Shown in pieces: positions 36,500 to 39,666 of a stretch of 39,666 bases of DNA. The position numbers were made by a program, and so were the translations under genes. Position 1 is the stretch's first letter. Each line of letters starts with the position of its first letter. Source of the DNA: Bacteroidota bacterium (lineage in GTDB: Bacteria; Bacteroidota; Bacteroidia; Chitinophagales; Chitinophagaceae); the NCBI GenBank assembly GCA_023436425.1, contig JAEZJD010000032.1, forward strand, positions 1-39,666, written 5' to 3'. Below the pieces are notes generated by a model that did no database searches, was not told the origin of the DNA, and was given only the letters and a program-made list of their open reading frames with translations.

Positions 36500-37797
36500 A
36501 ATTGTGGCAAAAAGAAAACACATCTGTTTCGGAACTGATTGAACGATTTACAGTGGGCAAGGATAAAGAATTTGATCTGCTGCTTGCAAAGTATGATGTT
36601 CAGGGTTCCATTGCACATGTAACTATGTTGGGAGAAGTGGGCTTGATGACAAAAGAAGAAGCTGAGAAAGCAATTAATGCACTGAACGAAATCGAAGACG
36701 AAATTGACGCTTCTCAATTCGAAATTAACGAAAGTGTTGAAGATGTTCATTCGCAAGTGGAACTGCTACTGACTGAACGCATAGGCGAAATTGGGAAAAA
36801 GATACACAGCGGTAGAAGCCGCAACGACCAGATAGCAGTGGACATTAAACTTTTCTTACGCTCAGAAATTCTGCAGGTTGCAGATTTAGTTAAACATCTT
36901 TTCGACCTACTGATTCAGCAAAGCGAAAAATATAAGAACACACTGTTGCCCGGCTATACACACCTGCAGATTGCAATGCCTTCGTCATTTGGTTTGTGGC
37001 TTGGAGCTTACGCTGAAAGTATTGTCGACGATCTGGAAGTTTTATCCGCAGGATTTGCCGTGGCAAATAAAAATCCGTTAGGAAGCGGTGCCGGTTATGG
37101 TTCTTCGTTCCCCCTGAAAAGAAAAAAAACGACTGAGCTTCTTAAGTTTTCCACGCTTAACTACAATTCGGTTTATGCGCAAATGTCGCGCGGTAAAACA
37201 GAGAAAATTGTTGCGATGGGACTGAGCTCTGTGGCTGCAACTTTAGGCAAACTGGCAATGGATTGCACATTGTACATGAATCAAAACTTCGCATTTATAT
37301 CTTTTCCGGCGGAACTTACGACAGGCAGCAGCATCATGCCGCACAAAAAAAACCCCGATGTTTTTGAGTTGATCAGAGCCAAGTGCAATCGTATCCAATC
37401 TATTCCAAATGAATTGACTCTTCTGTTAACGAATCTTCCCTCTGGGTATCATCGAGATTTGCAGCTAACTAAAGAGGTTTTGTTTCCTGCTGTTGAAGAA
37501 CTGAAAGCATGCATCCAACTGACGCAGCTAATGATCTCGAAAATTCAGGTGAATGAAAATATTCTGCGGGACGGGAAATATAAATATCTTTTTACAGTAG
37601 AAGCAGTGAATGAATTAGTGAATCAGGGCATTCCTTTTCGCGAAGCATACAGGCAAATCGGCAACAAGGTTGATGCAGGGGATTTTTCTTGGGACACAAC
37701 TAAACCAATACAACACACGCATGAAGGATCAATTGGAAACTTGTGCAGCGATGAAATTGAAGCAGAAATGGAAAAGGTACTGCAAAAGTTCACGTGA
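36496..37797 (+). CDS. argH: Argininosuccinate lyase
   Basis: MKLWQK, HSGRSRNDQ, PGYTHLQ, GSSIMPHKKNPD, GYHRDLQ. Confidence 0.97.
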   Translation: MKLWQKENTSVSELIERFTVGKDKEFDLLLAKYDVQGSIAHVTMLGEVGLMTKEEAEKAINALNEIEDEIDASQFEINESVEDVHSQVELLLTERIGEIGKKIHSGRSRNDQIAVDIKLFLRSEILQVADLVKHLFDLLIQQSEKYKNTLLPGYTHLQIAMPSSFGLWLGAYAESIVDDLEVLSAGFAVANKNPLGSGAGYGSSFPLKRKKTTELLKFSTLNYNSVYAQMSRGKTEKIVAMGLSSVAATLGKLAMDCTLYMNQNFAFISFPAELTTGSSIMPHKKNPDVFELIRAKCNRIQSIPNELTLLLTNLPSGYHRDLQLTKEVLFPAVEELKACIQLTQLMISKIQVNENILRDGKYKYLFTVEAVNELVNQGIPFREAYRQIGNKVDAGDFSWDTTKPIQHTHEGSIGNLCSDEIEAEMEKVLQKFT

Positions 37798-38653
37798 GTT
37801 TCTGAATACAAGCGTCTAAACTTTGCCTCCAGTCTTTTGATTTAACTCCGTAAACCTGTTTAATTTTTGAATTGTCCAAAACAGAATACGCAGGCCGTTT
37901 TGCCGGTGTGGGAAATTGAGAAGTGCTGATTGAATTAATTGTACACTTGCTGCCGATCGATTTTTTTATCTCTTGTGCAAAGTCATACCAACTAATCGCC
38001 CCATCGTTGCTAAAATGATAAATGCCTCCGACCCATTTTTTTGAATCAATTATTTGCAAGATAGCTTGGGCAAGATCGGCGGCATATGTTGGCGATCCGA
38101 TTTGGTCATTCACAACGTTGATACTTTGCTTTTCCTCCATCAGCCGGAGCATTGTCTTCACAAAATTTTTTCCGTATTGAGAATATACCCATGACGTACG
38201 GATAATCAAACTGTCCCCATTGTTTTGCATGGCTAGCCGCTCACCTGCTAATTTCGTTTCTCCATAAAAACTTACGGGGTTAACATCATCAGTTTCCTTC
38301 CATGGCCGTGAATTTTTCCCATCAAAAACATAGTCGGTAGAAAGATGAAGGAAGCAGGTGTTATGCTGTTTGCAAATCGAAGCCAGGATTCCCACAGCAT
38401 CTGCATTTATTGATATTGCATTCTCCCTTTCTACTTCAGCTAAGTCAACTGCGGTGTAGGCGGCACAATTAATCAAAAACGAAGGGCGAACAGATTTGAA
38501 AGCATTTGTTACCGCCTCTTCATCGGTTATGGACAGTTCATTACGGCTGAAGAAATGAAATCGGTAATTTGAAAACTGAGCTTGAATGTCCTTCAGCTCA
38601 CTGCCCAACTGGCCTGTGCTGCCTGTTACCATTATTGCAGCAGTTTCTGTCAT
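37790..38653 (-). CDS. rfbD: dTDP-4-dehydrorhamnose reductase
   Basis: VTGSTGQLG, NCAAYTAVD, STDYVFDG, YGETK, DQIGSPT, RPAYS. Confidence 0.95.
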   Translation of the reverse strand: MTETAAIMVTGSTGQLGSELKDIQAQFSNYRFHFFSRNELSITDEEAVTNAFKSVRPSFLINCAAYTAVDLAEVERENAISINADAVGILASICKQHNTCFLHLSTDYVFDGKNSRPWKETDDVNPVSFYGETKLAGERLAMQNNGDSLIIRTSWVYSQYGKNFVKTMLRLMEEKQSINVVNDQIGSPTYAADLAQAILQIIDSKKWVGGIYHFSNDGAISWYDFAQEIKKSIGSKCTINSISTSQFPTPAKRPAYSVLDNSKIKQVYGVKSKDWRQSLDACIQKLT

Positions 38654-39213
38654 CCAAAATTAAAATTGAAATAGCTTGTGGACTCAGCAAGTGCTGGAAG
38701 GGCTGCATCTTTTTCGGATATGATTTGTGCTTGAAGAGGAATTTGCCAATCTATGCTCAACTCTTCATCATCAAAACGGATCCCCCGTTCACTTTCCCTG
38801 TTGTAAAAAGCATCACATTTATACAGAACGGTTGCAACGTCGCTCAACACAGAAAAGCCGTGTGCAAATCCGGCCGGAATAAAAAGTTGCTTCTTGTTTT
38901 CCGCTGATAATTCGATTGAAAAAACTTTTTCATAGGTTGGCGACCCTTTTCGGATATCGACAACGACGTCTAAAATTATTCCTTCCACTGCGCGTATCAA
39001 TTTCGACTGAGCAAACGGATGAACTTGAAAATGTAAGCCCCTAATCACACCGTAAGAAGAATTAGATTGATTGTCCTGAACGAATTTGCATCTTATACCT
39101 GCAGAATGAAATTCCTGTTGATTGTAAGCTTCAAAAAAATAACCTCGCTGATCCGGAAAAAATTTGGGTTCATAGATCAATAAACCTGGAAACTCTGTTG
39201 GATGAAAAGGCAT
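38650..39213 (-). CDS. rfbC: dTDP-4-dehydrorhamnose 3,5-epimerase
   Basis: DQRGYF, VQDNQS, RGLHFQ, VDIRKGSPT, GFAHGF. Confidence 0.96.
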   Translation of the reverse strand: MPFHPTEFPGLLIYEPKFFPDQRGYFFEAYNQQEFHSAGIRCKFVQDNQSNSSYGVIRGLHFQVHPFAQSKLIRAVEGIILDVVVDIRKGSPTYEKVFSIELSAENKKQLFIPAGFAHGFSVLSDVATVLYKCDAFYNRESERGIRFDDEELSIDWQIPLQAQIISEKDAALPALAESTSYFNFNFG

Positions 39214-39242
39214 ATTTGAATTAGTTCGGTTCGTGTGAGCAC

Positions 39243-39666
39243 CTAAAAGCTCCAGTATTGCCGGCTGTTTATTTTGCTTCTATATGCACCTTTAATATCA
39301 GCAATCAATGCATGCGGTTTCGTTATCGATGCAAAGTATTGATCATCAAGCGAAGCGTAAGGCTCATGACAAACGGTGACGATCACCGCATCGTAATCCT
39401 TTCCCACTTGATCTGTAAGCGCAAAGCCATACTCATGCTGCAGTTCCTCACTGCTTGCATGCGGATCGACAACATCAACATTCAAAAAGAATTCCTGAAG
39501 CTCGCGAACAACATCTGCGACTTTGGAATTACGGATGTCAGTTACATTCTCTTTAAACGTTGCCCCCATCACCAGCACTTTTGCATTTTTCACATCACTC
39601 ACATTGCTGATAATGTGGCGCACAACTCTTCGGGCAAGATACATTGCCATGTTGTCGTTGATATAC
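39243..39666 (-). CDS. Nucleotide-sugar dehydrogenase, C-terminal part (UDP-GlcNAc/GalNAc dehydrogenase-like; 5' end outside the window)
   Basis: Frame is open to the window edge (YINDNMAMY...). MGATFKENVTDIRNS and DP motifs of the UDP-binding domain. Confidence 0.88.
   Translation of the reverse strand, partial: YINDNMAMYLARRVVRHIISNVSDVKNAKVLVMGATFKENVTDIRNSKVADVVRELQEFFLNVDVVDPHASSEELQHEYGFALTDQVGKDYDAVIVTVCHEPYASLDDQYFASITKPHALIADIKGAYRSKINSRQYWSF

Noticed and set aside
69..38907. Numerous 60-150-aa ORFs nested in or antisense to the assigned genes
   Set aside because: They overlap well-supported conserved genes and have no recognisable motifs, so they are treated as shadow ORFs.

Overview
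Bacteroidota chromosomal segment, most like Chitinophagaceae by gene content and TAnnTTTG-type promoters (inference). It is mostly core genes: thrABC (thrA 5'-truncated), an ABC exporter, gap-pgk, glyA, uvrA, an ECF-like sigma factor, an eight-gene arginine operon (GNAT-argG-argC-argD-argF'-argB-argE-argH) and the end of a nucleotide-sugar cluster (dehydrogenase-rfbC-rfbD). Accessory content includes a UbiA prenyltransferase/type III PKS/methyltransferase/FAD-oxidoreductase cluster, a secreted metzincin with a small secreted partner gene, a GH16 lipoprotein, a phosphoesterase-beta-propeller fusion and a probable cysteate acyltransferase. The strongest signals that the ORF track does not show are: (1) a 37-codon leader peptide ending in R-R-R-S-F upstream of the arg operon, with its stop codon inside an 8-bp stem (candidate arginine attenuator); (2) a ~53-bp dispersed element with a 17-bp identical core, found both upstream of glyA and at the argD/argF' junction; (3) a His/Cys caspase-fold-like signature in a 749-aa secreted hypothetical protein; (4) a 55-aa lipoprotein-like gene; (5) several inverted arrays of 7-9-bp microrepeats. 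I saw no rRNA, tRNA, CRISPR array, transposase or integrase. All assignments are by eye, without database searches.
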